From a virus, in the IMG/VR virus record IMGVR_UViG_3300042398_000319, positions 1-64,000 of that record: a DNA stretch of 64,000 bases; one strand, given 5' to 3'. Both the position numbers and the translations under genes were made by a program. Every line of letters begins with the position of its first letter. Position 1 is the stretch's first letter. The notes beneath the pieces were generated by a model, which saw only the letters and a list, made by a program, of their open reading frames with translations, did not search any database and had not been told where the DNA came from. This document shows positions 26,328 to 36,520 of the stretch, one piece after another.

Positions 26328-28508
26328 ATGACTATAGTTAATAATATATTAGAGAATTTAGTTTCAGATCTTAGAAAAAGACAAGCAGTCTTAAGATCAG
26401 ATCGTAATATTTACACGCATTATCTTAAAGAAGTAGACCCTACTACTCTAGTTGATGTATCGTATCCACACATATTACGAGGTTTAGAAAGACAAGCTAC
26501 TCTAGTAGATATTGTAGCCACCATTGGTCGAAGAGTAAGGCAAATGCTTAATCTTCCTAATGATACTGTGTCAGATGCACAGGTTGGTTGGTTCATATGT
26601 ATTGCTTATATTGAGTGTAATATCCTTACATTCCGATTAAAGTATACCTATAAGAATGGAAAGAAAAGTAAATACAAAGCTTACTTCCTACAGGTTAAAG
26701 ACTGGAAGGCAATTGAACAACTCTGGAGTTTAATTGACCAAAGTAAAGTAGATATCTTTCCATTAAGAGAACAGACTAAGCCTTGGACATCTGCATTTAA
26801 TGTTAATGGTTCACCCATTATTAAGAAAGGCCACCCTAGTGCACTGTCAAAGTTTAGGACTTCAGACAAGCAAGCATTGTTTGATACTCTAAATAAATTA
26901 CAAGCTATTGGATGGCGAATTAACAAGGATGTGTTTACTGTGTATCAGCACTTTTTACATAATCCTTGTCACAATAGCCCTTTCAAGTTACACACAGAGA
27001 TTGATGAAGAGAAGAAACAATCACTTTTGATTGAAGCACAAGGCATTGAAAGACTAGCATTAAATCATCTTGATAATGCTTTTTATCATGTCTATAACTT
27101 TGATTTCAGAGGTCGAGTTTATGTAAATACAGCGTTTCTTCACGAACAATCTAGTGATAATGCAAAGGGCCTACTGTTGCTAGACAAATCAACACCACTA
27201 GGTGAAAACGGTCTGTTCTGGCTAAAGGTACATACGTCAAATTCTTTTGGAAATGACAAGGTGACGCTAAAGCAGAGGGCTGAGTTTGTAGATGAGAATA
27301 TTAATCTATTCTTGTCATATGCAGATAAACCTACTGTTAATCAAGGATGGATGGAAACAGATGCTCCATTTTCTTTTTTAGCTGCTTGTTATGAGCTTAA
27401 GAAAATTAAGAACTGGTTAATGGATGGTAATAACTTAGAAGATTATCCTTGTTCTTTACCTGTATATATTGATGGTTCTAATAACGGTGTCCAGCATCTA
27501 GTTGCTATGTCACAAGATGAAGAGATTGCACCACTAGTTAATTTAGTACCACAAGATACCCCAGGTGATGTGTACATGTATATTGCTAAATACGCATGGA
27601 AACGTTTAGAGGAGCTAGCAAGTCAGCTAACACAAGAGGAACGTGATCAATTTGATAGTGTATACAGTAAGGCTAAAGAGTTACAAAAAGCTTACTTTGA
27701 TGCACCTGAAAAGAGTGAACAAAAATCCTTAGCTTATGCTGCTGCCCAAGAGTGGCGTAATCAGAATCGTTCTATTAGAGAAAAGTTGTTTGCTGTTTAC
27801 TGGCTTAATATTGATAACCCAAAAGATCAACGTAAAGTAGTAAAGAGAAATGTAATGACTCTCGGTTACGGTGGTACTGCGTACGGCATGGGTCAACAAA
27901 TTATTGATGATACCCGTGATATGTCTGAGTATCTTCGTGACAAGGAACACCTCTGGGGTGCTATGTTAGGTGATTTGGTATTTGAGACTTGTTATGAAAA
28001 ACTCAAAGGGCCAGCAACAATGTTACGAATGTTTCAGGACTTAGCGGATAGATCTAATAACAAAGATGTATTCCTACAATGGACTACTCCAGTAACAAAC
28101 TTTCCTGTAGTTCAAGCATATAGAAAACCATCTATTGTTAGAACTAAATTAAAGTACGGTGAAGAAGAACTTAAAGTTCAACTTCAAACATGGGAAGAAT
28201 CAACTATTGATAAAGATTCCCAGAGAACAGGTGCAGCACCAAATATTGTTCACAGTTTTGATGCAGCACACTTGACTATGACTGTATTGTCTGCTCCATA
28301 TGAGATGACTGTTGTTCATGATTCTTTCGGTACCCTGCCTGGAAACATGGATGACTTATTTTATAGAGTAAGAGATCAGTTCGTAGAGTTTTACAAGAGT
28401 AAACCTTTAGAGAAATTACTGGCTGAACTTAATTGTGAAGACCTTATTCCTGAGAGGGGTAATCTCGATGTAAAACAAATATTGTACTCAGATTATGCTT
28501 TTTGTTAA
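26328..28508 (+). CDS. T7-like single-subunit DNA-directed RNA polymerase
   Basis: DFRGRVY, motif A DGSNNGVQH, motif B RKVVKRNVMTLGYG, APNIVHSFDAAH, motif C VHDSF; AAGGA RBS before ATG 26328. Confidence 0.95.
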   Translation: MTIVNNILENLVSDLRKRQAVLRSDRNIYTHYLKEVDPTTLVDVSYPHILRGLERQATLVDIVATIGRRVRQMLNLPNDTVSDAQVGWFICIAYIECNILTFRLKYTYKNGKKSKYKAYFLQVKDWKAIEQLWSLIDQSKVDIFPLREQTKPWTSAFNVNGSPIIKKGHPSALSKFRTSDKQALFDTLNKLQAIGWRINKDVFTVYQHFLHNPCHNSPFKLHTEIDEEKKQSLLIEAQGIERLALNHLDNAFYHVYNFDFRGRVYVNTAFLHEQSSDNAKGLLLLDKSTPLGENGLFWLKVHTSNSFGNDKVTLKQRAEFVDENINLFLSYADKPTVNQGWMETDAPFSFLAACYELKKIKNWLMDGNNLEDYPCSLPVYIDGSNNGVQHLVAMSQDEEIAPLVNLVPQDTPGDVYMYIAKYAWKRLEELASQLTQEERDQFDSVYSKAKELQKAYFDAPEKSEQKSLAYAAAQEWRNQNRSIREKLFAVYWLNIDNPKDQRKVVKRNVMTLGYGGTAYGMGQQIIDDTRDMSEYLRDKEHLWGAMLGDLVFETCYEKLKGPATMLRMFQDLADRSNNKDVFLQWTTPVTNFPVVQAYRKPSIVRTKLKYGEEELKVQLQTWEESTIDKDSQRTGAAPNIVHSFDAAHLTMTVLSAPYEMTVVHDSFGTLPGNMDDLFYRVRDQFVEFYKSKPLEKLLAELNCEDLIPERGNLDVKQILYSDYAFC

Positions 28509-28512
28509 GTTT

Positions 28513-28530
28513 ACCAGGGTACGCTAAAGC
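28513..28530 (+). promoter_or_regulatory. putative phage RNAP promoter, copy 2 (ACCAGGGTACGCTAAAGC)
   Basis: 16/18 match to the consensus; directly after the RNAP gene and before the replication module. Confidence 0.7.
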
Positions 28531-28535
28531 ACAAT

Positions 28536-28566
28536 GGTATGCATTTTTGTGATGTATACCTTTTTA
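28536..28566 (+). terminator. intrinsic terminator-like hairpin after RNAP gene
   Basis: GGTATGCAT-ttttgtg-ATGTATACC followed by T6. Confidence 0.6.
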
Positions 28567-28604
28567 TTAAAAATTGGAAATTAAAAGTAAGGAACTAAAA
28601 AGCT

Positions 28605-29111
28605 ATGGCTATTTTGAAAAATGTTGAGTTATTCTACCCACGTCTTGATCCCAAGAAACCAAATGCTCGATTTAATAAAGAGCAACCTACATGGGAAGTT
28701 CAGATTCGAACTCGAGACAAGAAAGTTAAAAATGAGTGGGCTGCACTCAACTTGAAGCCTAAGACTGTAGAAGATGATGACGGTAAGGTATTTTATTCTG
28801 TTACTCTTCGCAAGAAGTCTAAAAAGAAAGATGGTGAAGTTAATCAACCTGTAAAGGTTATTGACGGTGGCCTAAATGATATTAACCCAATGAGCATTGG
28901 TAATGGCTCAATTGGTAATGTCCGTATCTTTCAATATGAGTATGGTGATGAGAAAAAGATTGCCTCTATGTTGATGGCAGTTCAAATTACTAAACTTAAC
29001 GAGTACATTCCAAAGGCATCTGATGATGAATTTGAAATGACTGAGACAGAGATTGTCCGTGTAGCAGATGCTGACGGTGGTGACGATGATGAGGATGACA
29101 ATCCTTATTAA
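28605..29111 (+). CDS. single-stranded DNA-binding protein (T7 gp2.5-like)
   Basis: IGNGSIGNV and AVQITKL motifs; acidic tail ending in an aromatic residue. Confidence 0.8.
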   Translation: MAILKNVELFYPRLDPKKPNARFNKEQPTWEVQIRTRDKKVKNEWAALNLKPKTVEDDDGKVFYSVTLRKKSKKKDGEVNQPVKVIDGGLNDINPMSIGNGSIGNVRIFQYEYGDEKKIASMLMAVQITKLNEYIPKASDDEFEMTETEIVRVADADGGDDDEDDNPY

Positions 29112-29118
29112 TTAAATT

Positions 29119-29142
29119 TAGGGGACTTCGGTCTCCTATTTT
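29119..29142 (+). terminator. terminator-like hairpin with UUCG loop
   Basis: TAGGGGAC-TTCG-GTCTCCTA followed by TTTT. Confidence 0.7.
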
Positions 29143-29157
29143 ATCAAAGGAAATTAA

Positions 29158-29337
29158 ATGGCAAATATTATTGCAGGTTTAGTTGGTATAGCTGTTGTAG
29201 TAGCCTCTATCTACGGATGGATTGCAAACTTTATAGCTATATTAGCAATGAATGCTGATACCCCATTAGGTTGGGTTATTGGTCGTATTATCGGTGTCTT
29301 TGTACCCTTTATTGGAGCAATTCTTGGTTACTTCTGA
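29158..29337 (+). CDS. small membrane protein (59 aa)
   Basis: MANIIAGLVGIAVVVASIYGWIANF...GRIIGVFVPFIGAILGYF*; AAGGAA RBS. Confidence 0.65.
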   Translation: MANIIAGLVGIAVVVASIYGWIANFIAILAMNADTPLGWVIGRIIGVFVPFIGAILGYF

Positions 29338-29565
29338 ATACACGCTGACGTTCACTGATCCTATTAGTGAATTTGAAATGCTTCTCTTATGTAAACTTGG
29401 AGATGACTTTTCATACAATAAAGACTTTACTGTCTGCACAATTGAAACCCCAATGAGTGAAAGAGAATTCCTTAAAGAAGTCTCTGAAATTACTGTAGTA
29501 GAAAATATTGGGTTAATTCAGCATTTAGTAACAATGGAACCCGATTGGTTAACTTATAATTCATA

Positions 29566-29865
29566 ATGATTGCATATAAACTTTTTAAGAAAAGAAAAGA
29601 TGGTACTTATGGACCATTGTTTATTAATCGAAAACAGAAAATACAATCAGGTGTATTGTATGGGGCAGAGTCTCATCCTACTGTAGGTTATGCCTATCGT
29701 CCGGGATGGCATTGCTGCTCCACACCTAATGCACCACACTTGAGCCTTAAAAATAGAGTATGGTGTAAGATTGAAATTCAAGACTATACAAGACATCAAC
29801 GACCTGAAAGTCAAGGTGGTCTCTGGTATACAGCAAATTATATGCGTATTCTAGGAGAACTATGA
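29566..29865 (+). CDS. hypothetical phage protein
   Basis: 99 aa; AYKLF, RPGWH and QGGLWY segments. Confidence 0.7.
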   Translation: MIAYKLFKKRKDGTYGPLFINRKQKIQSGVLYGAESHPTVGYAYRPGWHCCSTPNAPHLSLKNRVWCKIEIQDYTRHQRPESQGGLWYTANYMRILGEL

Positions 29866-30131
29866 GTAACTTAAACCAACTTGCTAAAGATTACTGGAAT
29901 GATGAACTTGAATGTGAAGTAATTGAAGAGGGTGACTGGGTTAATGATTTCAAAGACTATTACTTTCGTATAGATATCATTAAGTATCAAGACAAATATT
30001 ATCGAATTAGTATGAAAAGAACTGGAAGTTATTATACTGAATACTTCTTCAATGAAGATAGCTTTGTAGCAGAAGAAGTAACTAAAGTTGAAAAAGTAGT
30101 AACAGTAACATCATGGGAACGTGTAAAATGA
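29862..30131 (+). CDS. hypothetical protein
   Basis: 89 aa, AGGAG RBS, overlapping neighbours. Confidence 0.7.
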   Translation: MSNLNQLAKDYWNDELECEVIEEGDWVNDFKDYYFRIDIIKYQDKYYRISMKRTGSYYTEYFFNEDSFVAEEVTKVEKVVTVTSWERVK

Positions 30132-30541
30132 AACAACGAACAATCTACCTTGCAGGTCCAATGGAACACGTATCGCTTGACGATGCAAAAGGTTGGCGTG
30201 ATATTGCTACTCAATTACTTAAGCAAGCAGATCAAAAAGTTCTTGATCCTACTCGTAGGGTTCATGAGTTTCAACCGAAGTACATGAAGAGAATCTTTGA
30301 ACTAGATCTTCGTGATATTCAAGAGTCAGACTTGATTCTTGTTAATTTAGACAATCCTAAAATTGCTAAACACGGTACTTCAATGGAAGTGTTTTATGCT
30401 TCTTATGTACTACGTAAACCAGTAATTGCATTTAAAGCGGATGCCTCTACTATTCATCCATTTTTTGAATCTTTAGTAACTGAATGGAGATCAACAGTAG
30501 ATAAAGCCTGTGACACTATTATCACGGAGTATATCGAGTAA
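30128..30541 (+). CDS. nucleoside 2-deoxyribosyltransferase-like protein
   Basis: IYLAGPM, DLRDIQESDLILV, GTSMEV and KPVI motifs. Confidence 0.8.
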   Translation: MKQRTIYLAGPMEHVSLDDAKGWRDIATQLLKQADQKVLDPTRRVHEFQPKYMKRIFELDLRDIQESDLILVNLDNPKIAKHGTSMEVFYASYVLRKPVIAFKADASTIHPFFESLVTEWRSTVDKACDTIITEYIE

Positions 30542-30731
30542 TGCCATTCTTTGTTACTTACGTAGATCCTGATGATGAGAATATAGAGCATAATATTCCT
30601 ATTAGTAAAGCAACTCAGGAGTGCGTTTTTACTAGTTTAAAACAAGTAGCAGTTAAAGTGAGAGATGTTAAAGCTCACTATCCAAAATTAAAAGTTAGGG
30701 TTTATCATGCAAGCCTTTGGGAAGAAAATTA

Positions 30732-30995
30732 ATGCCATATATTAGACAAGATTTTAAACAATTTCTACACACAAAAAGTGTAGCGGAAGTAGGTGATTTG
30801 TGTACTACTCCAGGAGAATTAAACTTTGTTATTACTTCAATTGTACGAGATTACTTCAATCGTACAGATAAAGGTAATTACCAAGCTATTAATGATATTG
30901 TAGGTGCTCTAGAAGGTGCTAAGATTGAATTTTATCGAAGGGTAGCAGCACCGTATGAAGATCTTAAAATTAAAGAAAATGGGGATGTGTATTAA
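30732..30995 (+). CDS. conserved hypothetical phage protein
   Basis: MPYI...GELNF...GALEGAKIEFYRRVAAPYED.K...NGDVY. Confidence 0.7.
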   Translation: MPYIRQDFKQFLHTKSVAEVGDLCTTPGELNFVITSIVRDYFNRTDKGNYQAINDIVGALEGAKIEFYRRVAAPYEDLKIKENGDVY

Positions 30996-31157
30996 TGAAA
31001 TTCACAGTAACCACAGTAAAAGAAAATGAAGACGGTAGTGCTAATGTTGTTCTAGACTTAGATAATGAAGCACGAGAGTATTTACTAAATTATGCCTTCA
31101 TCCATATGATGAAAGATGCAATTGCTGAAGGTCAACTTTATCAGGTAAAGGATTAAA

Positions 31158-31718
31158 ATGTATATACCAGTTTATGAAGTATACTCTTATGATGATAATA
31201 GAGGTGTAGTAGGAACATATAATGATTTTGAAAATGCTGTAGAAGCATGGAAAAATAATATGAATTTCTTTACTATTAAATGTGTGTGGCCAACTAGTGT
31301 AAAGAATCGTTCTAAGGAATTAAACACAATCCAAGCCATTAATAACTATCGTAATCTATTAAACGATTGGAGAATAGAAGATGGTGATGATGAATGGGAA
31401 GTCGATCAATTGATGAAATATCTTAAAGAAAATCCTCAAAAGAAAGATGCCATTAACCCTAGCCATTATCAAGGCTATGTAATGGATTTACAGTGGCTAG
31501 AAACTATGCAGTATCTACCAAGCTTTAGAGATCCTGCTTGCTTCAAAGCTGCAGTTGAACTACAAGTACGAAAGTATTTAGACCGCTTAGGTGGTAAAGA
31601 TGCTGAACAACAGGAATTAGGTAAAGCATTGTGGTACTTAAAGTTCCTACTTGCTTACACTAAGAATAACAATCAACCAATCCGTATTAAAGATATTGAA
31701 AAAATTTTAAATGAGTAA
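31158..31718 (+). CDS. DUF3310/SaV-like domain protein
   Basis: C-terminal DAINPSHY...KYLDRLGGKD...LGKALWYL. Confidence 0.65.
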   Translation: MYIPVYEVYSYDDNRGVVGTYNDFENAVEAWKNNMNFFTIKCVWPTSVKNRSKELNTIQAINNYRNLLNDWRIEDGDDEWEVDQLMKYLKENPQKKDAINPSHYQGYVMDLQWLETMQYLPSFRDPACFKAAVELQVRKYLDRLGGKDAEQQELGKALWYLKFLLAYTKNNNQPIRIKDIEKILNE

Positions 31719-33588
31719 TCTAGTATTTGACATCGAAAGCGATGGTCTACTAGACACCGTAAGTAAAGTTTGGATGATCGTGACAAATGACACTGTTACA
31801 GGTGAGGAATTAATCTTTACTGATTATGATTCTCAATATCCAAGCTTAGAACAAGGCTTACAACACCTATCGAAAGCAACAAGTTTAATTGGTCATAACA
31901 TTATTGGCTATGATTTACTTGTTCTCCGAAAACTATACAATTGGGCTCCGAATAAAGAGACTAAACTTTTTGATACAATGCTATTGTCTCAGGTAGTTGA
32001 CTATGATCGATTTAACGGAAAACATTCTCTAGCTGTATGGGGTGAGTACCTTGGGCAATCTAAAGTTGAGCATGAAGACTGGAGTCAGTATTCAGAAGCC
32101 ATGCTACATCGGTGTAGAGAAGACGTAAAAATTAACGTAAGAGTTTTTAAGTTCATTAACAAAGAACTAAAAGGTATGTTTGAAAAGAAACAATATCTTA
32201 AAACCTCTATTAAAAACGAACATTTAACTGCACAATTTTGTGCGGATGCAGAATATATAGGATGGCAATTTGACAAAGATGCTGCTACAAAACTATTGGC
32301 TGCTATGGAAGCTCAGATGGCAGAAGTTCAAGCTATCATTGAGCCAAGGCTTAGTGTTGAAACTAAAATCATTGATAAACAGCCTAAGTCACCACGATGG
32401 ATTAAGAACGGTAATTATGATTCCGTTACTGCTCGATATTTTAATATTGATCCTTCTAATGGCAGGGATGTACGTCTGGTAGAAGGTGAATATCAAAGGT
32501 TTGAATATGTACAACCTGATTTGGGTAACATTGACTCAGTTAAACTTTATCTACATAAAATTGGCTGGGTTCCTGACGACTGGAACTGGAAAAAACAAGG
32601 AAACGAGTTTATTAAGGTATCTGAAAAGCTAACAACTAGTTCACTTGAAAAGTTAGGTGAGATAGGTATGTTAATTGACAGGTACTACACTACTCGATCT
32701 AGACATTCTATTTTGTCTGGATGGATGGAGAACTTAGATGAGAATAATCGATTACATGGTAGTTGTTTTACTATCTCTACTCCAACTGGTCGTGCTAGAC
32801 ATAGCGGTATTGTCAATGTTCCAGGCGCTGATTCCGAGTGGGGTGCAGATATTAGAAAGTTATTTATTGCCACTCCTGGCTATACAATCATTGGCGCTGA
32901 TTCTTCTGGTAATCAATTTAGAGCTTTATGTCATTATCTAAAGAATGATGAGTATACAAATGAGGTTCTGAATGGAGATGTACACCAAAAGAATGCTGAT
33001 GTGCTTACAGCAGTAATGACTGAAGAGCAAGCAAACTTTCCTAAAATTATTAAAGATCCAACTATATCTCGTAAATTAGCAAAGCCATTCATTTATGCTT
33101 ATTTGTTTGGTGCTGGTGGTGAGAAAGTTTCTTTAATTCTAACTGGTGTTCGTAATGCTAAATTAGGTAATAAAGTTAAAGCTGAATTTGCAAAGCGTAT
33201 TCCAGGACTAACCCCATTGATCAAACGTATTAATGCAATTTATAACAAGACAGAAAATCATGGTAATCCGTGGATTCCTGCACTAGATGGCCGTAAGATT
33301 CCTTGTGAATCTGCCCATAAGTCTCTTAACTACTTACTTCAGAGTTGTGAGGCTATTACATGTAAAGCAGCTACTGCTCTTACTTATGTTCGACTCCAAG
33401 AGGAAAACATACCATTCAATCCATTGATATTCTATCATGATGAGATTGAATTTGAGGTTCCTACTGAGTATGCTGAAAGAGCCGCTGAGATTGCTAAGAA
33501 AGCTTTCCAGGATGGCCCTAAGTTATTTGGTGTGGAAATTATGGACGGTGAATCTAAAATTGGTAATAATTGGTATGATGTACACTAA
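31711..33588 (+). CDS. family A DNA polymerase (T7 gp5-like) with 3'-5' exonuclease
   Basis: FDIESDG, GHNIIGYD, GADSSGNQFR, RKLAKPFIYAYLFGAG, LNYLLQS and YHDE motifs. Confidence 0.95.
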   Translation: MSNLVFDIESDGLLDTVSKVWMIVTNDTVTGEELIFTDYDSQYPSLEQGLQHLSKATSLIGHNIIGYDLLVLRKLYNWAPNKETKLFDTMLLSQVVDYDRFNGKHSLAVWGEYLGQSKVEHEDWSQYSEAMLHRCREDVKINVRVFKFINKELKGMFEKKQYLKTSIKNEHLTAQFCADAEYIGWQFDKDAATKLLAAMEAQMAEVQAIIEPRLSVETKIIDKQPKSPRWIKNGNYDSVTARYFNIDPSNGRDVRLVEGEYQRFEYVQPDLGNIDSVKLYLHKIGWVPDDWNWKKQGNEFIKVSEKLTTSSLEKLGEIGMLIDRYYTTRSRHSILSGWMENLDENNRLHGSCFTISTPTGRARHSGIVNVPGADSEWGADIRKLFIATPGYTIIGADSSGNQFRALCHYLKNDEYTNEVLNGDVHQKNADVLTAVMTEEQANFPKIIKDPTISRKLAKPFIYAYLFGAGGEKVSLILTGVRNAKLGNKVKAEFAKRIPGLTPLIKRINAIYNKTENHGNPWIPALDGRKIPCESAHKSLNYLLQSCEAITCKAATALTYVRLQEENIPFNPLIFYHDEIEFEVPTEYAERAAEIAKKAFQDGPKLFGVEIMDGESKIGNNWYDVH

Positions 33589-34186
33589 TCTGAAAGACTT
33601 TATGGATAACTTATCCTTGGTTAAAACTATTGAATCACAAAAAACATGTGCAAATGCAGCATTAAATTTGTTGCATATGGTTGATCCCGACTCTTGTCTT
33701 TTAGGTGGAGCACCTAGAGATTGGGCTTTAGGTAAGGTGGCTAAAGATCTGGACGTTTACCTTCGTCCATTTCCTATGGAAAGTAAAGATAGTACTATTG
33801 CTCGTATTACTCAGGCATTAAGTCTTGAGCATAATGAGATTGAAGATGTTACTAACGACTCTTACTATATGCAGAGTAAAGACAATGGGGTTCTTGGAGT
33901 ATTAAATGTAAAGAATTGTTTTATGCCAATACAAATTGTGTTGTGTGATAGAGCACCTTTAGAGATGCTATACACTTTCCATTGTAGCTTGTCTCAGGCA
34001 TATTATGTGCGTGATCATGGTTGGGACTATCCTCTTAACTCTGATGCATATCGGTTAGAGACTACTATGGAGTTTGACATTGGTAAACAATTCCAAGTCA
34101 ATCTGATCAAGAAAAATAGCGATCCAAGATATATTGCTAAAATTCAAGCTAAATATCCTAATTATACACCAGTATACGAAGCATGA
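33575..34186 (+). CDS. nucleotidyltransferase (CCA/poly(A) polymerase head-like)
   Basis: LLGGAPRDW...KDLDVY signature; start uncertain. Confidence 0.65.
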   Translation: MMYTNLKDFMDNLSLVKTIESQKTCANAALNLLHMVDPDSCLLGGAPRDWALGKVAKDLDVYLRPFPMESKDSTIARITQALSLEHNEIEDVTNDSYYMQSKDNGVLGVLNVKNCFMPIQIVLCDRAPLEMLYTFHCSLSQAYYVRDHGWDYPLNSDAYRLETTMEFDIGKQFQVNLIKKNSDPRYIAKIQAKYPNYTPVYEA

Positions 34187-34674
34187 ATGTTTTCTTCTTA
34201 GACAAAGACCCTGCAGAATGTGCTAAGGGTCACTACGATACTCATGTAGTAAAGATGATTCTAGAGTCAGCTCAGTTATTGTCTACTGCTCATCACTTGT
34301 GTGGTGATGGTGGACCATATAAAGTTACTCACCAGAATCATCCTTCAGCTGTATGGGTTAGACAATCGGTGGCTCATTATAGTTGGTTGTATATTCTTAT
34401 GCTAGAGCTAGGTAAGGAATATACACACCGATTTGGTAAAAAACATAAGACAATCCGAGAACACAAGGACTCTTTGTTCTTTACACCAAGAGACATTAAA
34501 GCACTAGGGTGGCAAGACCCACCTTTAGCTATGCCCGAGCATTGTCAATTAGATAGTGCCGTTGAATCCTATAGAAATTATTATTTAACAGAAAAGATAA
34601 ATTTAATGAAATACACAAAGAGGAATGCCCCTTGGTGGATGCAAAAACAGATCGCTACGATTCCCTCTATTTAG
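34183..34674 (+). CDS. pyrimidine-dimer DNA glycosylase-like protein
   Basis: MNVFFLD..CA..H.D.HVVKMILESAQLLSTAH...HPSAVW...AMP...YRNYY. Confidence 0.7.
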   Translation: MNVFFLDKDPAECAKGHYDTHVVKMILESAQLLSTAHHLCGDGGPYKVTHQNHPSAVWVRQSVAHYSWLYILMLELGKEYTHRFGKKHKTIREHKDSLFFTPRDIKALGWQDPPLAMPEHCQLDSAVESYRNYYLTEKINLMKYTKRNAPWWMQKQIATIPSI

Positions 34675-35048
34675 ATCTAGCAAAAAGAATTGCTCTAATG
34701 TCCTATGCTGAGAAGCGTAAAGTTGGAGCAATTGCAGTAAAGAATAACAATATACTCAGTTTCGGGTTTAATGGGACACCTAAAGGCTTTCCTAATAAAT
34801 GCGAGAATGAGTATAATAAAACATTATCCTATGTAATTCATGCTGAAGCAAACCTTGTATCTAAGGCGGCTGCAGAAGGTTTGAGTTTAAAAGGATCAAC
34901 AGTATATGTAACAACTGCCCCTTGTGACAATTGTTCCTTATTACTTATCCAATCTGGTGTTGAGAGAGTTGTTTTCTCAGACAGATATAAAACAGATTCA
35001 GGTATTTTAACATTAATCCACAGTAATATAAGAGTACAACAAAAATGA
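34632..35048 (+). CDS. dCMP deaminase
   Basis: GFNGTP, HAEAN and PCDNC zinc motifs. Confidence 0.9.
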   Translation: MVDAKTDRYDSLYLDLAKRIALMSYAEKRKVGAIAVKNNNILSFGFNGTPKGFPNKCENEYNKTLSYVIHAEANLVSKAAAEGLSLKGSTVYVTTAPCDNCSLLLIQSGVERVVFSDRYKTDSGILTLIHSNIRVQQK

Positions 35049-35229
35049 AAAAATCACTAGTATATCAGGTTCCATCAGCAACATACACTTATCCTCGTGG
35101 TGATAAGTATTTGTATCTTAGTTTTGTAGATCGTCCTACAATTATTAAATACAAAGTTCGAAATAAAGTAGGTCAAAAGCTCCTTGCTCGTGTTAAAAAG
35201 TATGGCTATGAGAAAGTAACTTACCCAGT

Positions 35230-35931
35230 ATGATTGCATTAGTAGACGGAGACGTTCTACTTTATCAGGCTATCTGGGGTACTGAAGACGTAGAAGAAGC
35301 TAAAATTAAATTAGACGAAGTTCTTCAAGCTGTTGTTGAAAACACCTTTTGCACTGATTACCTCATTGCAATTGGTGGTCCTAATAATTGGAGAGAAGAA
35401 TTTTTTTCAGAGTATAAAAAGAGTCCTTCGAGACTCGCATCTAAGAAAAATAGATCAGAATATTTTGATGAATTAAAAGAATGGTTTTGCCATCACCCTA
35501 ATGCTGTAGTTGCCCACGGATTTGAAGCAGATGACTTACTCCGAATTTGGTCACTAGAAGCTATTAGGGATGGTGATCCTTATATTGTGTGCACAATCGA
35601 CAAAGACCTAGATTGTATTCCTGGTAAACACTTTAAACCAGGACGAGATGAATATTATGAAGTAGATGAAGAGTCAGCAGACACTCACTATTGGAGACAG
35701 ATACTTACTGGCGATGCAGTAGATAATATTCCTGGACTTAATAAAGTAGGTCCAGTGAAGGCTAATAAGATCTTAGAGGGCTGTGATAATAATAAGAAAA
35801 GAAAGGCAGCAGTAATAAATGCTTACAAACAACATTATGGTGACCAGTGGAAACCTTATTTACTTGCCAATGGCAGGTTAATCCACATCTGGCGCTATAT
35901 TAATGACCACTTCCAAATCAAAGAAGGATAA
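35230..35931 (+). CDS. 5'-3' exonuclease (T7 gp6-like)
   Basis: DGD, EADD, DKDL and GDAVDNIPG motifs. Confidence 0.9.
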   Translation: MIALVDGDVLLYQAIWGTEDVEEAKIKLDEVLQAVVENTFCTDYLIAIGGPNNWREEFFSEYKKSPSRLASKKNRSEYFDELKEWFCHHPNAVVAHGFEADDLLRIWSLEAIRDGDPYIVCTIDKDLDCIPGKHFKPGRDEYYEVDEESADTHYWRQILTGDAVDNIPGLNKVGPVKANKILEGCDNNKKRKAAVINAYKQHYGDQWKPYLLANGRLIHIWRYINDHFQIKEG

Positions 35932-36346
35932 CGGACACTGGAACTTTCCTGAGCAACTAGATCATGAAAATGCCTTTGGTTTTATCTATTTAATCAAAGA
36001 TACAACTACAGGTATGATGTATATCGGTAAAAAGATTTTCAGAGGTACTGGTAAACTCAATCGAGGTAAGCCAAGTAACTGGAGGGTCTATACAAGTTCA
36101 TCTAAGGATATTAATGCACTAATCGAAGAAAGAGGTATTAATTCCTTTGAGTTTTATGTGTTAGAACAATACTATACTAGAGGTGGTTTAAGTTGGGCAG
36201 AAACATGGTCACAATGTCATGTAGAGGTACCTACTAACAATCATATTTGGTATAACCGTTTTATTGACAAAGTTCAATGGAGATCTTCTGAGGTAGTCTC
36301 AGTGAGACATCGTAGAAGGTTAAATAAACTAGCAGGTTTAAAATAA
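35903..36346 (+). CDS. GIY-YIG-like endonuclease
   Basis: GFIYLI...MYIGKK...W..YTSSS...YN. Confidence 0.65.
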   Translation: MTTSKSKKDNGHWNFPEQLDHENAFGFIYLIKDTTTGMMYIGKKIFRGTGKLNRGKPSNWRVYTSSSKDINALIEERGINSFEFYVLEQYYTRGGLSWAETWSQCHVEVPTNNHIWYNRFIDKVQWRSSEVVSVRHRRRLNKLAGLK

Positions 36347-36520
36347 TGAGATTAATTGGTTTTGTATTTGGTTTATGTTCTCTGGGAGTTCTTCTCACAC
36401 AGGCTATAAACTTATTGTCAACAGATGTATGGGGTTCATCAGATTTTTTGTTAATGTCTGTAGCCCTCAGTTTTATTTCAACAGGTTGTTTTGCAGTTAA
36501 TAAGGTATTAAACAATTAAA

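Noticed and set aside
35903-36346. Intron- or intein-associated homing endonuclease
   Set aside because: Free-standing ORF; neighbouring PolA, exonuclease, helicase and NrdAB genes appear uninterrupted.
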